NCBI GenBank assembly: GCA_964187785.1
Contig: OZ076409.1
Coordinates: forward strand, 30,318,001 to 30,382,000
DNA from: Amphiscolops sp. MND2022
Lineage: Eukaryota
DNA length: 64,000 nt
Direction: 5' to 3'
The notes beneath the pieces were generated by a model that saw only the letters and a list, made by a program, of their open reading frames with translations, made no database searches and had not been told where the DNA came from. Both the position numbers and the translations under genes were made by a program. Positions 37,901 through 50,076 of the stretch are shown in pieces (positions within the stretch are counted from its first letter, which is position 1; each line of letters starts with the position of its first letter).

Positions 37901-38620
37901 TTAAAAAATAAAAACCTCATGCTTAGATCTTCTCCTACTAAAACTACTTTAAAACCCCCTCCCCACAAAAAAGTTTCACTTCCTCTTTATCAATTGTTTC
38001 ATTCTTATCCAATTTCGTGTTAAATTTCATTCCTTCTCCTTTTGTTCATACGACAAGTCTTAACTGACATCTATGAAAATTACTATTCTCACTTCTTCAT
38101 TTTGATATTTTTTTTCTTTTCTCTTATTCTCTAATGTCAACATTTCCTCCTATCTCCATTTTATCACAACTTTCACTTGTTCTCATTTCATGAAAATGAC
38201 AAAAAACTCAAATTAATTTAACATTTTATCAAAAAACATAATGCATTCTTTTTTGCACCAAAATCATCCTCTTATTTCTTTTTCTCGCTTTTCACTGGCA
38301 TTTGAAAATCTCTCCAGTCCACTGGTACTAAAAGTATCATTTACTTTTAAACAAATTATACTCTCATTGAGTATCAACTGTCGAATTTTCTCCAGAATTT
38401 CAACTTTAATCACAGAAATTTGCGATTTTCTACAAAAATTGCCTCGTCGAAATCCTGGAGCCAATCCATAAAACATCTTGGATTTCATAATCCTTCAGTC
38501 TTCTCGCTATTTCCGTTAAGGTAAATTAACAGAATTGTTCAACATTTTAGTTCTTTGGACCACTTTGTATAAACATTGCGGATTCCACACTACTGGAATT
38601 GTTTTGCCAATTGCAAAAAC
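34995..38620 (+). repeat. 1478-bp tandem repeat (about 2.5 units) of a chimeric A1-derived unit
   Basis: Near-identical ORFs at 35285/36763/38241, 35643/37121 and 36324/37802. Confidence 0.95.
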
Positions 38621-38776
38621 TTCCACTTTTGGCTACATCTCTGTACGCTCGCTTCTCTCAATAAATTAAATCACAACATCGTCCATCTACAAATTAAACG
38701 AACACACAATACATATTAACATAAAGTAACAGACAATAAACAACATTTTGTTTCAGTTTTCAACATCTTCTTCATA

Positions 38777-39713
38777 ATGACTTCTCCTTATCCTCCTTCC
38801 ACAGTGGCATATCCTCTTCTTAATCAACCCTTGGATTCTCTTATGCCTCTCCCAGTCTCCTCCACATCAACCACATTCACTATGACATCGATGCCCGTCT
38901 CGTCTTGTGCTACTACAACCACCACTACATCGCTGCCCGTCTCATCTCGTGATGCTGCAACCACCACTACATCCACTTCAACGTTGCCGCCCATCTCTTC
39001 CTTGATGTCTGCAGCTGTGCAAACTTCTTCTCACCCATTCACTCATCTTCTTCTAATCTTCCTCCGTCTTCTTCCAACACTGCAACTCTCCCTCTTCTGC
39101 CACAGGATGCTGTCGCTTCTTCTTCCCATCTACAACAAATTTCTGCCGTCCGCCAGCTCACCCACGATTTGCAACAACGAAACCCCCGCCATCCAAAACG
39201 TCCAAAACTGCCCCAGGTGAAGCTGGTACACCCATCCGAAGAATCATTCACACTGCTGTATATAAACAGAAACTCCATCAATATAACCAGACTTTAAAAC
39301 TCTATGAAGATCATATAGACGAACTATTAAAACAAACAACTGCCGAACTTGATAAAATTGTTACTAAGGTCGATTCTATTGTTACTAAATTTCAACCACC
39401 CCCAATTTCAAAATTACGCAAATTTAAATCTCCTGCGTATAAAATCCCTCCTTTACCGTGTTCAAATCCTCTCCGTGTTCAAATCCCGTCACATAAATGT
39501 CCTTATTGCTCCAATTATCTCCACTGCTAACACCTCATTGTTCTCACGTGCCATTTAATTATTCCATAATTTCTCCAATTCCATCAGTCCCCTCTTCCCC
39601 CGCTTTAATCCCCATTAACATTGAACCTATTACACCCCCCCAATCCCCCTAACCCCCCTACTCCTTTAAATGATCTCGAAATTTTGGTTTCTTCCCTAAA
39701 TGATATCGATTAA
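38777..39713 (+). pseudogene. A1 accessory ORF Z
   Basis: MTSPYPPSTVAYPLL...RHPKRPKLP...HIDELLKQTTAELDKIV...CPYCSNYLHC...NDID*, with frameshifts. Confidence 0.65.
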
Positions 39714-40343
39714 TCATATACATTGTACATTTTCTAAAAATTTCTCAAAAATGTCCCCCATTTGCCCTTTCCTTCTTGTTTAACCACCACCTCCCACCCA
39801 TATATCTATTTTGCTCTCTTCGCACCATAATTTCATGCCGTATTAATCTTTTCCTTTACTTGAATAATTTCTTTCATTCCTCCGAAAAAAATTTTGTTAA
39901 GTTATCGTCCCATAACTTCAATTTTAACCGGGGAAGTTTTCAGTTGTTCTTTTTAGCATGTTGTTTTCGATCCTCTCCTTTTTTCGGAGCGAACCTTTTG
40001 TAACGCATTTCTTACACCCCAATAAACATATTTTTCACCAAAACTCCTTTTTTTCCACCGACACTCCAATTAATTTTTGACTATACTCCTCAAAAACTTC
40101 GGTTCTAAAGACCGTACATTTTTAACCCTACTCCTACAAAATCACATACGAAAACTTACTCACCTCAGCATTTGACTTTTTTTCAACTGATATTTTTCGA
40201 ATTCGCATTCGTAATGAAAAAAAATTTTTCTTCTCTGGATCGAATTTTACACGCCACGTGATATGATTTTGAACAAATGTTGACTAATATCGTTTTCTTT
40301 TGGATTAAATTTTCACTTTGATCACGCTGCCTTTTTGCTTTGA

Positions 40344-40459
40344 AACTTCTTCCAATTCTCATTTTAGTTTGTAAATAAAGACACTTATGATTAATGCTTA
40401 ACTAAGCATTAATCATAAGTGTCTTTATTTACAAACTAAAATGAGATTTGGAAGAAGTT
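40344..40459. repeat. 116-bp near-perfect palindrome (57-bp arms, 2-nt loop, 1 mismatch)
   Basis: aacttcttccaattctc...atgctta-AC-taagcat...gagatttggaagaagtt. Confidence 0.97.
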
Positions 40460-41067
40460 AGACATGAAGTCTAAGAATCTTCGTCTTTTCGCTTGTCAAT
40501 CTTGTCAACCAGGCTGCCATTTCTTGTCATATTTACTGCTCCTTTCTTCGCTTGTCACTAACTTCTCACATTTTTGTTTTCACTGGCTTGGAAGAAAAAC
40601 AGACTTTAGAATAACTGAAACATTTACCAATGAACATGAACATGTGAGAATGAAAATTGAACATACAATACCTCATAACGGTTCTCCAAAATTTTTCCTT
40701 TTCTCAACATCTGAGAATGTTTCCTTCTCAACCCTTAGACTAGTAAACTTCGAAAAACCTCAACTTTAATATCACTCACGTTAAGAATCCTATTTTGCCC
40801 GAATTTCACGAAAGGAAAGAATGAAGACAACTACATAAAAAAGGCAACTGAACTTAAAAAATTTTTGTTTGCAAATTCCAAACATTTTCTTAAATTTAGA
40901 ACAACTCCTACTACATTAACTATTGAAACCACCTTCTAACATGATAAGCTGAACTCCAAATTCAAATGTTTAAAACAAAACTCCATGTTCAAAATTTCAC
41001 AACAGTAATCTTTTAAAATATTACCCAGTTTGATCTATAATAATTTTTCTTTCAAAACCCGGTCGGA

Positions 41068-41380
41068 TGGTATACCCACCAATTAACAATAATCCCCCAC
41101 CCCATTGATGAATGTCTAGCCTACTGAAAAATGCATCTAATTCATATTCACAACACATCTTTAATTAATGTACCTACTTTGTATTGAATGCTATAACTTC
41201 ATACTGTAAAATTATTTTTATTTATACTTCTAACACAACCCAATAAATTCTTCATCGCTCAACTGTCTTCCTGTTCCAGACCTAATTTCTGCAGCTTCAT
41301 TAGTGTTCTTTTAAAGTACTAAAATCCCTTGTCTCTGAAAATATGTCCTACTTTAACTTAACAACAAAACAAGTACTTTA
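41068..41380 (+). repeat. A1 3' LTR (313 bp, more diverged)
   Basis: Starts tggtatacccacc and ends aagtacttta, preceded by the same ttcaaaacccggtcgga as the A2 3' LTR. Confidence 0.88.
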
Positions 41381-42729
41381 TTAGACTGGTTGGCAAGAAT
41401 TCGCATCGCTAGTGAAGTCCGTCTCCCACCTCCTGTGTTTAAGAGGAACATCATCAGAAAACTTTTGTATCTCGTCTTCTAGAGCACGTTCGAGGTCTCC
41501 TATGGTCTTAATGACATATACATCTAGTTCGTTTCTGGTGTATTATCGTAGTTGTCTCTCTGAGTAGACAAAAACGTCTTGAATACGTTGTGTGACAACT
41601 TGCCATTTGAAGTCTTCTAGCTCCTAGGCTTCTCCAAACATAGAGATTATCTTGATACCATTCAATTCAGCTTGTGCTTTTAGTGTTTCCAGAGAAGGAC
41701 TAGAACTTCTAGGTCAGTTTTGTCCTTGCACCTCACTTGAGTGGTTAGGACGTAAGTAAACTGTTTGATGGTCTCGTCCGAGTAAACGTGGTTTGTTTCT
41801 CCTTTCGGTGGTGTTCGTTCAAAGCAAGTGTCTTTTTTCGAGGGCAATTTATGAAAAAAGTTCAGTAGAAAAACTTTTGGCTGGTATTAATTAGACCGGG
41901 GAGAAGGTGAATAATGTGTCTGGTCTGCTAAGTATGATTCTCGAGTTGTCTCCTTCAGTTCTGAGGCAATCGTTCACGTGTTGTGAAGGAATAGCGGAGT
42001 GTAGTAGGAAACCATTGTTGTTTTCTTCATTTTGACTCAAGTTGGCTAAAAAAAGAGTTCTGTATGGTTTGTGATGCAGTTTTCTACGACAATTTGCAAA
42101 GTCTTTTGGAAACTTTAGCAGAGGACATCGGAGAGGTTGCGTTCTGTAGAGTTTGGTAGAAACATAGATCTAGGAAGGCGAAATATCTTTGTGTTTTTTT
42201 TGCTGTTTTAATTGTAGCATCGTGTCCTCTATGATTCTATTTACATAGAATGAAGGAATTCAACGCTAAGAATTTGTGATACACAGTGGGAAACATTGTT
42301 TATTGGAAAATTTGAAGACTTCTATAGAAAAAGGTATTCAAAGGTCTTTTGTCAATTTGTTGCTGGCAGACGTTCTTTCCAAGTAATTTTTGCGTCTTCA
42401 TCTTAGTTATTCAGACTGTCAATAGGATTTAATGTCGACCATCGGAGTGGTTAAAGAGTTTTGAAGAACTGTATCCCATCATAGGGATGGTTTGTCAAGG
42501 GTATTTCCATGTTCTGTTGTTGTTTTGGCTGACGTCGAGGTCTTGTTGAAATTGGCATAGTTCTCTCTGAATGTCATGTAAAAGTTAATTGAAAAATTGA
42601 CTAATTTCCAAGGGCAGTACTGTTTTTTCCGTTTTTCGGTTTTCGGGGACCTTGGTAGTGTAAAAGACAAACGTCTGAGATAAAATTCACTGAATAGTAG
42701 GTCTCCAAAATTTGTACTGTGTTGGATCA

Positions 42730-43878
42730 TCCCATAACGATTGTTTTGTGGAACGTCTCGTTTGTGTATGTTTCAGTCGGGATGTGAGGTTTTTCTTTTC
42801 TAATTTGTTGTCTTCGAAAGACTGAGCTATTCATTGGCGGAAAGTTGTATGCTCCTTTTGAAAGAGCCAGGTGGATTTTTGTTGAAGGTAAAGAAGTTGG
42901 CGATCTTGTTCTTCGAAGTCTTGGCAAGATGCTCCTTGAAGTCTTGCGATTGTTGGAAAATGGTTTTTTGTCGTCTTGTGAAAATCTGGAGACAAAAAGT
43001 GCAAATCTTGTGTCCATAGGTCTGCATTCTGGGCTCGGGTTCCTAGTTAATGTCCTGTAGTATTTGTGTTATGTAGGCTTTGACTGCATTGGTCCCGCAA
43101 GAACAAGTTGATGCGCCACTGCAATGTGTTTTTGATTCTCGAAAGTTGGTTATCTGGTCGGAAATCCAGTGCCATCTTCGGCTCATTTCATATTGTTGTA
43201 GTCGTGGGTGAAACTTTTTTCGTTCTGGGCTCTTCGGACTTCATCGTCTGGCATTTTGCAGTTGCCCCAGAACCGAATGGCCACTCTTCGTCCGGTACAA
43301 TTGGGGTCAACAGATTTCTCTACTGATTGTGTTGTTCGTCTGCTGTATGATTTTAGGTTTGATTCCCCTGATGTCATCTCGCCTTCCTTGGATGAGGGGG
43401 TCTGCGTGTGTTTCTCAACGTGTTAGGGCGGTAGTCACCGTGTAAAATGGTCTTTGTTTAGTTCTGCTTGTGAAAAATGTTCCCAACTTGCGTTCGGGTG
43501 ATCCAATATGGATTCATTGACCTTTTTGCTCGTTGCTGGCGGTCTTAGACCTCAGTGAGTAATCAATGCGTCTCTGTCTTCTTTGTCGGTCCTGTGCTTT
43601 TTTTCTGCTTTTCTGTTGTTTTTTACAGCTCCAACTAAGTCGTGTGTAGCCAATTTTTAAACAATCTTTTTTTTCTGTGTAGAAAATATTTATTCTTTTT
43701 TAACTCTTTCTCAATTTCGTCTGGTGGTGTGTACCGCTTCCATTCTGTGTCTGAATTTGTTCTTCCATCTACGAGTCTTGTTATGAATTGTTCTCTGGTT
43801 TCGTTAAAAAAGTTAGCTCTGATGCTTGAAATGGTCTCTGTCGAGGTCCGCATAGGCCAAATAATTTCGTTCAGCCAT
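42730..43878 (-). pseudogene. gag: B copy 0 gag (internally deleted)
   Basis: MAERNYLAYADLDRDHF..., EQFITRLVDGRTNSDTEWK, R/S-rich tail RSILPRLRRTRSP. Confidence 0.65.
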
Positions 43879-44859
43879 CTTGAGCATACGAATTAGAGAA
43901 GATATGAGATGAAGCAAAGAATAATAACCTATAGTTTCAATGAAGGATGTGTTTCCAGGCCACGGTACGTGGTCAAAAAATGTGACAGTGATATTCGTTC
44001 TGATGACAACTCGAAAAATGTGAAGACTAGGCAAGTGGAATGTTCCGTCAATTTCGTGGAAAGCTGCAAAACCTGTCACACTTTGCTAGTGTCCTATTAT
44101 TAATATCGGCTGTTAAGTAGAGTAATTCGCGTCTTCTAGAGTAAAACCAATCTCCAGATGTTACTCTGAGAAAATCTATGGAGAGTGCAATCAGTCCACT
44201 GAGCTTCCTACCTTTTGTATAAATAAAGTGCCCCTGCGGTTTATAGACAAAAAATATTTCAAATTAGTCATTTGACGGAGTTACTCTTGTCCGTAGGGTT
44301 AAGTGCGCGGGGCTCAGATTAGTATCATGCAAAAAATAGCGGGTGTTGCCGGAGATTTTCGCAGCTAACTTTTGCTACACAGGTTCCGGAACATCGACTG
44401 GGCTCAGGGCTTTCAAACAGTCTCCGAAAAAGCTAGGCGGATTTTCATCTAATGTCTGTCCTTATAGACTAGAGTGAATGTCCCAACCCTAGTGTTAGTA
44501 CTTTGATGACACTCTCTAATCCAATACATACAGGATACGTTTGCTTAGGCTTGAAAGGAGTCTTCTAGTTTTTCCGTAACAAGAAATAGGCTCCAAAGAA
44601 AATTTTGAGGGTTCGATGGTATAGGCGAAATGAATGTCGCAAAAATTTTGTCGAAATGAATGTCGCAAGGTGATGGTCTGTTAGAGTTTGCTATTACCGG
44701 TTCTTCCAGTTATACAGAAGAGTGAAGCCACATATGGGGGTAGTAATTGAGAGAAGAAAGTTCGCAATAAAATCAGGGATTAGGTAAATAACGCTACCTT
44801 CAGTGAGTAAGGGTGTTACCAGATAGCTCAATCTTTTTCTGATTTAAAAAAGGCGCCTC

Positions 44860-44872
44860 ATTGGTCGCACCA
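44860..44872 (-). promoter_or_regulatory. PBS TGGTGCGACCAAT of B copy 0
   Basis: Minus strand reads ...gcgaaCA-tc-TGGTGCGACCAATG, a canonical CA end with a 2-nt spacer. Confidence 0.85.
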
Positions 44873-47529
44873 GATGTTCGCACACATTGTTAGTTTTTCT
44901 TTCTTGTTTTTCGCTGTTCAAGGATCTGATCAATTGTTATCAGCATTAGTCAGTTCAGCTGCTTAACACTTCCCAATTTTTCGTGCTTTTTGCTTACATG
45001 CAAACAAAAGACATTGCGTGAGTTAGTGTGAAGCAGTGGTTGTTAATGAGCTCTCTGTGTTCAAAAAAAGAAACAATAATGTTGAAACATTGAGGGGAAA
45101 TAGATACTATGAGTGATTATTCTTTTTTAGGCATAGCTGTACCTCTCCCATTTTCTTTTGCAAATCAGTTGGTTCAGCAAACTCAGCAAACGACTTGTTC
45201 ACAACCGGTTAATTGTTTTCTGTACTCAGTATTATCCAGGTCAAAACTCGGGAAAAATTGACACCAGCAGAATCGTTGAAAATGTCTCGCATTTCCGGAA
45301 GTTTATCAGATACACATAACTTCCGTTTGGTTTTGTTTTAAACGACGTTCTCATTTTTAATGTCTCTATTCAGCCGTAAGTGTTTTAGGGCAATAAAGTT
45401 ATGGGCTGAAATGGGTTAAAATAGTCATTTATTGGGCAACTTTCTGGAACATTTGACTGTTATTTTTGTGTCTGTCCGACGAAATAATTTTGCATTAGGA
45501 TTCAAACAACGGCAGAATGAAATCGGCGAAAAACATTCAAAGATAGAATGTGAAAGAACCAGAGAAAAAAATTGGCGGAAAATACTCCAAGGTAAATCTT
45601 TTAAAACGGCAGAATGAAATCAACGAAAAATGTCTCCAGATTATATTCAATCGCCCGCAGAATCAAATCAACGGAACATATTCTAAGATAGAATGAGTGA
45701 ATCTATAGAATGAATCAATAGAAAAGGAGTGAATGAAAAGACTCCACCAAAGTTCCAAGCTTTTTCTCAACTCCCATACATGGTACCAAATTGGGTAGAA
45801 GAGAGTTTTCTATGTCAGAAATCTCTGTTGTGGGAAGTATAATTTGGCAGAGCAGAAAAATATGGAAGTAGAAGACATATTTCGCAGGAAATTTGGATAA
45901 GATAAAAGCTAAGGAAGAAGAATAAGAGTGAAGAAGACAGACTTCACAAGTCTAAAGCATAAGCAAAGAAAGAAAGGCTTCGAGAATTAGGAGAAGATGG
46001 GAAGCTAAGAGTAAAGGGACAGAAGGAGAAAAGGAAAAAGAGGAGATAGAGAAGAAGAATAAGAAGAAGAAGAAGAAAAGAAAGGATGAAAGAAGAGCTG
46101 GCGACGGTCTGCCAATTGGTGGAAGCTTCAATCTCCAGCTTTAATAAAACAGTCAAACAAATCGGCGAGACTATCTGGCCGGAATGCTTTTCATGCAACC
46201 AATCACAGCTTCGCTTGATTTCACATCATCGCGGTGAACAATTGAAACTTTCGTTTGTGCAAGTCCACGGTAAACAAAATGTTGTTTGAAGCACTGGTCA
46301 ATGTTTTAGTGAAAATAAGTAGTGAGATGACGAAGTTCGAAATGTCAAAAGACTAGTACCATGATATAACGACTTTGATGAAAAAGAAGGCGCCGCAAGG
46401 AAAAGCGCCGCAAAGATCTAGTACGTGTGATTTACATCCGAAAGTTGCAAGGAATTGTTTTTCTGAAGTATCTGGGTGATGTCATGCCGTCCACATAAAA
46501 ATTGGTACTATTTGCTTAGTATTCAAATCATTGTGGTCCGCTTCGGGTTGTGGATTTCTGTACATTATGAGCTCTCTCGAGATTTTCTGGAGGTCATTTC
46601 GTGACGCTGTATTGATAGGGATGTTGTCCCAGAATTCGGACAGTTGCTAGAGGGTGTACATTCCGGCGTCTGGTGATCCTGGAAAAAACATGCTCTTTCA
46701 TTGTCTCCTTCATGTCTCAAATTTTTGAATAGCTCTTTAGTGTTTCCAGAGATTTGACTAGAACTTGTAGGTCAGGTTTGTCTTTGCATTTCACTTGAGT
46801 GATTAGAACGTAAGTAAACTGTTTGAGGGTCTCGTCCCAGTAGGGCGTAGTTTCTCATTTCGATGGTGTTAGTTTGGAGCAGGTGTCTTTTCGTGAGGTC
46901 AACTTTGAAAGAGTTTCTGTAGAAAACATCTTTGCTGGAATTAAATATACCGGGATAAAGATGATGATTGGGTCTGGCTTGCTAAGTTTGGTCATCGAGT
47001 TTTTTGTTCGATTCTGAGGTAATCGTTCATGTCTTGTGACGGAATAGAGGGGTGTAGTCGGAAATCATCGTTGTTTTCGTCATTTTGATTCAGGATGGCA
47101 AAGGATAGTTTTGTTGGGTTTCTGATTCAATATTCCATGACAATATACAAAGTCTTTGGAAACCTTGTACAGAGAACATCGAAGAAGTTGAGTCCTGTAC
47201 AGTTTGGTAGGAACATAGTTCCAGGAAAAGAAGAGTTCTTAGCGTTTTTTGCTGTTTCATTTGTAGCATCGTGTCGTCTTTGATTCTATGTATATATAAT
47301 AAAGGAGTTTAACTGACAAAGTTTGTGATACATTGTAGTAAACTTTGTTTAATTGAAGATTTTTATAGCAGAAGGTATTCAAAAGTCTTTTGCGTTCAAT
47401 GCCAGGAGATCGTATTTTGTTGATTTGTTCCTGGCAGACGTTCTTTTCCAATAGGTTCTGTGTCTTCATCTGAGTGGATCCAGTATGTCAGTGGGACTTT
47501 GTGTTGACCATCGGAGTGGTAGTAGAGTT

Positions 47530-49074
47530 TTAAAGTATGTTGCTTCGGCTGACTTCGAGGTCTTGTTGAAAATGCCATAGTTCTCTGAAGGTCCTGTAGT
47601 TGATCATTGAAACTGTAATTTCTAGGGGGCAGTACCGTGTTTTACGTTTTTTGGTTTTTGGGGACCTCAGTAGCGTGAACTTCAAAAGTCTGAGATAAAC
47701 TTCACTGAGTAGTCGGTATCCAAGAATCGTATTGTGTGTCGTGTTGGATCGTCCCATATCAATTGTTTTATGGGACGTCTGATCGTATGTTTCAGTCGGG
47801 GTGTGAGGTTTTTCATTTCTAATTTGTTGTCTTCGAAATACTGAGCTATTCATTTGCGGAAGATTGTATGTTCCTTTTGAAAGAGCCAGGTGGATTTCTG
47901 TTGAAGGTAAAGAGGTTGGAGATCTTGTTCTTCGATGTCTTGGCGAGACGCTTCTGGAAGTCTTGCGGTTATTGGAAAATAGTCTTCTGTCCGCTTGTGA
48001 AAATTTGGAGCCATCAAGTGCAAATCTGGCGTCCACAGGTTGGCATTTTGGGCTCGGATTCCTACTTGATGTCCTGTAGTGACTGTGCTATGTAAATTTT
48101 GCCTGCATTGCTTCCGCAAGAGCAAGTTGATGTGCCACTGCAATGTGTTTTTGAATCTCGAAAATGGGAAATCCAGTGCTATGTCTGGTTTTTTCGTCTT
48201 TCTGTTGTCGTGGGTAATTTTTTTCCGTTCTCGGCTCTTCTGACTTCCAAGTCTCGCATTTTCTTCCTGCACCAGTTAGAGGTGTGCCCATTTGTTCTGC
48301 CGTAACCCCAGAACCGAGTGGCCATTCTTCGTCCGGTACCATTTGGGTCTACAGTTTTCTCTATTGCGTTGATTGTCTTGTTCGTCTGCTGTATGATTTT
48401 TGGCTTGGTTCCCTTGATGCCATCTCGTTTTCTTGAATGGGTGGGTCTGCATGTGATTCTCCACTAGTTAGGGTGATAGTCACCGTGTAGGAAGGGCTTT
48501 GTATAGTTCTCCTTGCGAAAACTGTTCCCAACTCGCGTTGGGATGATCCAATATGTGTTCGTCAGCCTTGTTTCTCAGTGTTGGCGGTCTTAGACTTCAG
48601 TGATTGTTCAATGCATCTTTGTCTTCTTTGTCGGTCCTATGCCGTTCTTTCTGTTTTTCTGATCTTTCCTCTGGCTAGATCGTCTGGGCATTTTTAAAAC
48701 TGTTCTGTGTAGTAAATTTTTAAACCCTTTTCCATTTCGTCTGGTGGTGTGTTTCCATCTGTGTCTGAATTTGTTCTTCCATCTGCGAATCTTGTTGTAA
48801 ACTATTCTCTGGTTTCGCTCAAAATGGTAGCGTCTCTGATGCTTGGTTCGAGCTATTTCGCTGGTGGTGGTCCTCTTAGGTTGGTAGCAAAGTAGGATTT
48901 CCTTCAGAAGTTGTAGTCGTCAAGAACTGCTCCAGTCGATGGGGTATTACCGTGAGAAACTCGAAGTTTCTTTTGAAGTAGTTGTATAAACAGTCCAGGA
49001 TCAGGATATGGGTCTCTCCTGGTGAAATAGTCTCTGCCGAGGTCCAGATACGCCAAATAATTTCGATCAGCCAT
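47530..49074 (-). pseudogene. gag: B copy 1 gag
   Basis: MADRNYLAYLDLGRDYF..DPYPDPGLFIQLLQKK; reconstructed NLRGPPAKW..FTTRFADG..HILDHPNASW capsid-like pattern; knuckle remnant. Confidence 0.7.
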
Positions 49075-50063
49075 CATGAGCATACGAACTAGAAAAAATA
49101 TGAGATCAAGCAAAGAATATTAAACTTTAGTTTTAATGAAGGAAGTGTTTCCAGGCCTGGGTACGTGACTACTAAATGTGGTAGTGAAATTCGCTCTGAT
49201 GACATCCCGAAAAATGTGAGGACTAGGCAAGGCGAATGTTGCATCATTTTTGTGGAAAGCTGCAAAACTTGTCACACTTTGCTGGTGTACTTTGTACAAG
49301 TCCTATCAATAATATCGGTCATTAAGTAGATTAATTCGCGGCAAATCAATCTCCAGAAGTTACTCTGAGAAAATCTATGGAGGGTGCAATCAGTCCTCCA
49401 CTGGGCTTTCTACCTTTGTGAAATTAAAACGCTCCTGCGGTTTCTAGACGAGAAAATTTTCAAATTAATCAACTGAGGGAGTCACTCTCGTCGATAAGGT
49501 TAAGTGCTCGGAGCTAAGATATTTTTCTCGCAAAATATAGCTTATGTTGCCGGAGTTTTTTTGCAGCTAATTTATGCTACAAAGGATCCAGGACACCCGC
49601 TGGGCTCAAAGCCTTCAAACAGTCTCCAAAAAGAGCTAGCCGGGCTTTCACTTAATAAGTGTCCTTATGGAACAGAGTGAAGTTCCCAACCCTAGTTTTA
49701 GTACTTTGATGAGATTCTCCAATCCAATACGTACATGTTATTTTTGCTTTAGACTGAATAGCGTCTTCTAGTACTTTCGTAACAAGATATTGGCTCCAAC
49801 TAAATTTTTGAGGAACCTAAAGAATAAGCGAAATATGTGTCCCAAACAATAATTTGAGATGCTGTTGAACTGGATAGGTGATGTTTTGTTAGTGTTCCTA
49901 TAAGGTTCTTTAATTTATATAGAATAGTGAAGCCACAAACTGGGATAACAGAAGAGAGAAGAAAGTTCGCAATAAAATCAAAGGAATTAGGTAAATAACT
50001 CTAACTTCAGTGAGTAGGGGTGTTACCGAACAACTCATTCACTTCTATTTAAAAAGGTGCTTC

Positions 50064-50076
50064 ATTGGTCGCACCA
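50064..50076 (-). promoter_or_regulatory. PBS TGGTGCGACCAAT of B copy 1
   Basis: Minus strand reads ...gcgaaCA-ac-TGGTGCGACCAATG. Confidence 0.85.

Larger units (their letters stand above)
31360..41380 (+). mobile_element. Copy A1, 3' part: env TM and tail, ORFs X, Y, Z, internal duplications, 3' LTR
   Basis: Resumes at YPCYILTQCG-type env sequence and is colinear with re-inverted A2. Confidence 0.9.

Noticed and set aside
14000-41000. Many short Leu/Ile/Phe-rich or Gly/Arg/Glu-rich ORFs in the track
   Set aside because: They are alternative-frame or antisense products of the strongly skewed family-A sequence.
46086-46289. Antisense ORF in family B (MKEELATVCQLV...)
   Set aside because: The homologue at about 51339 has a frameshift and a stop. 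No support for conserved coding.
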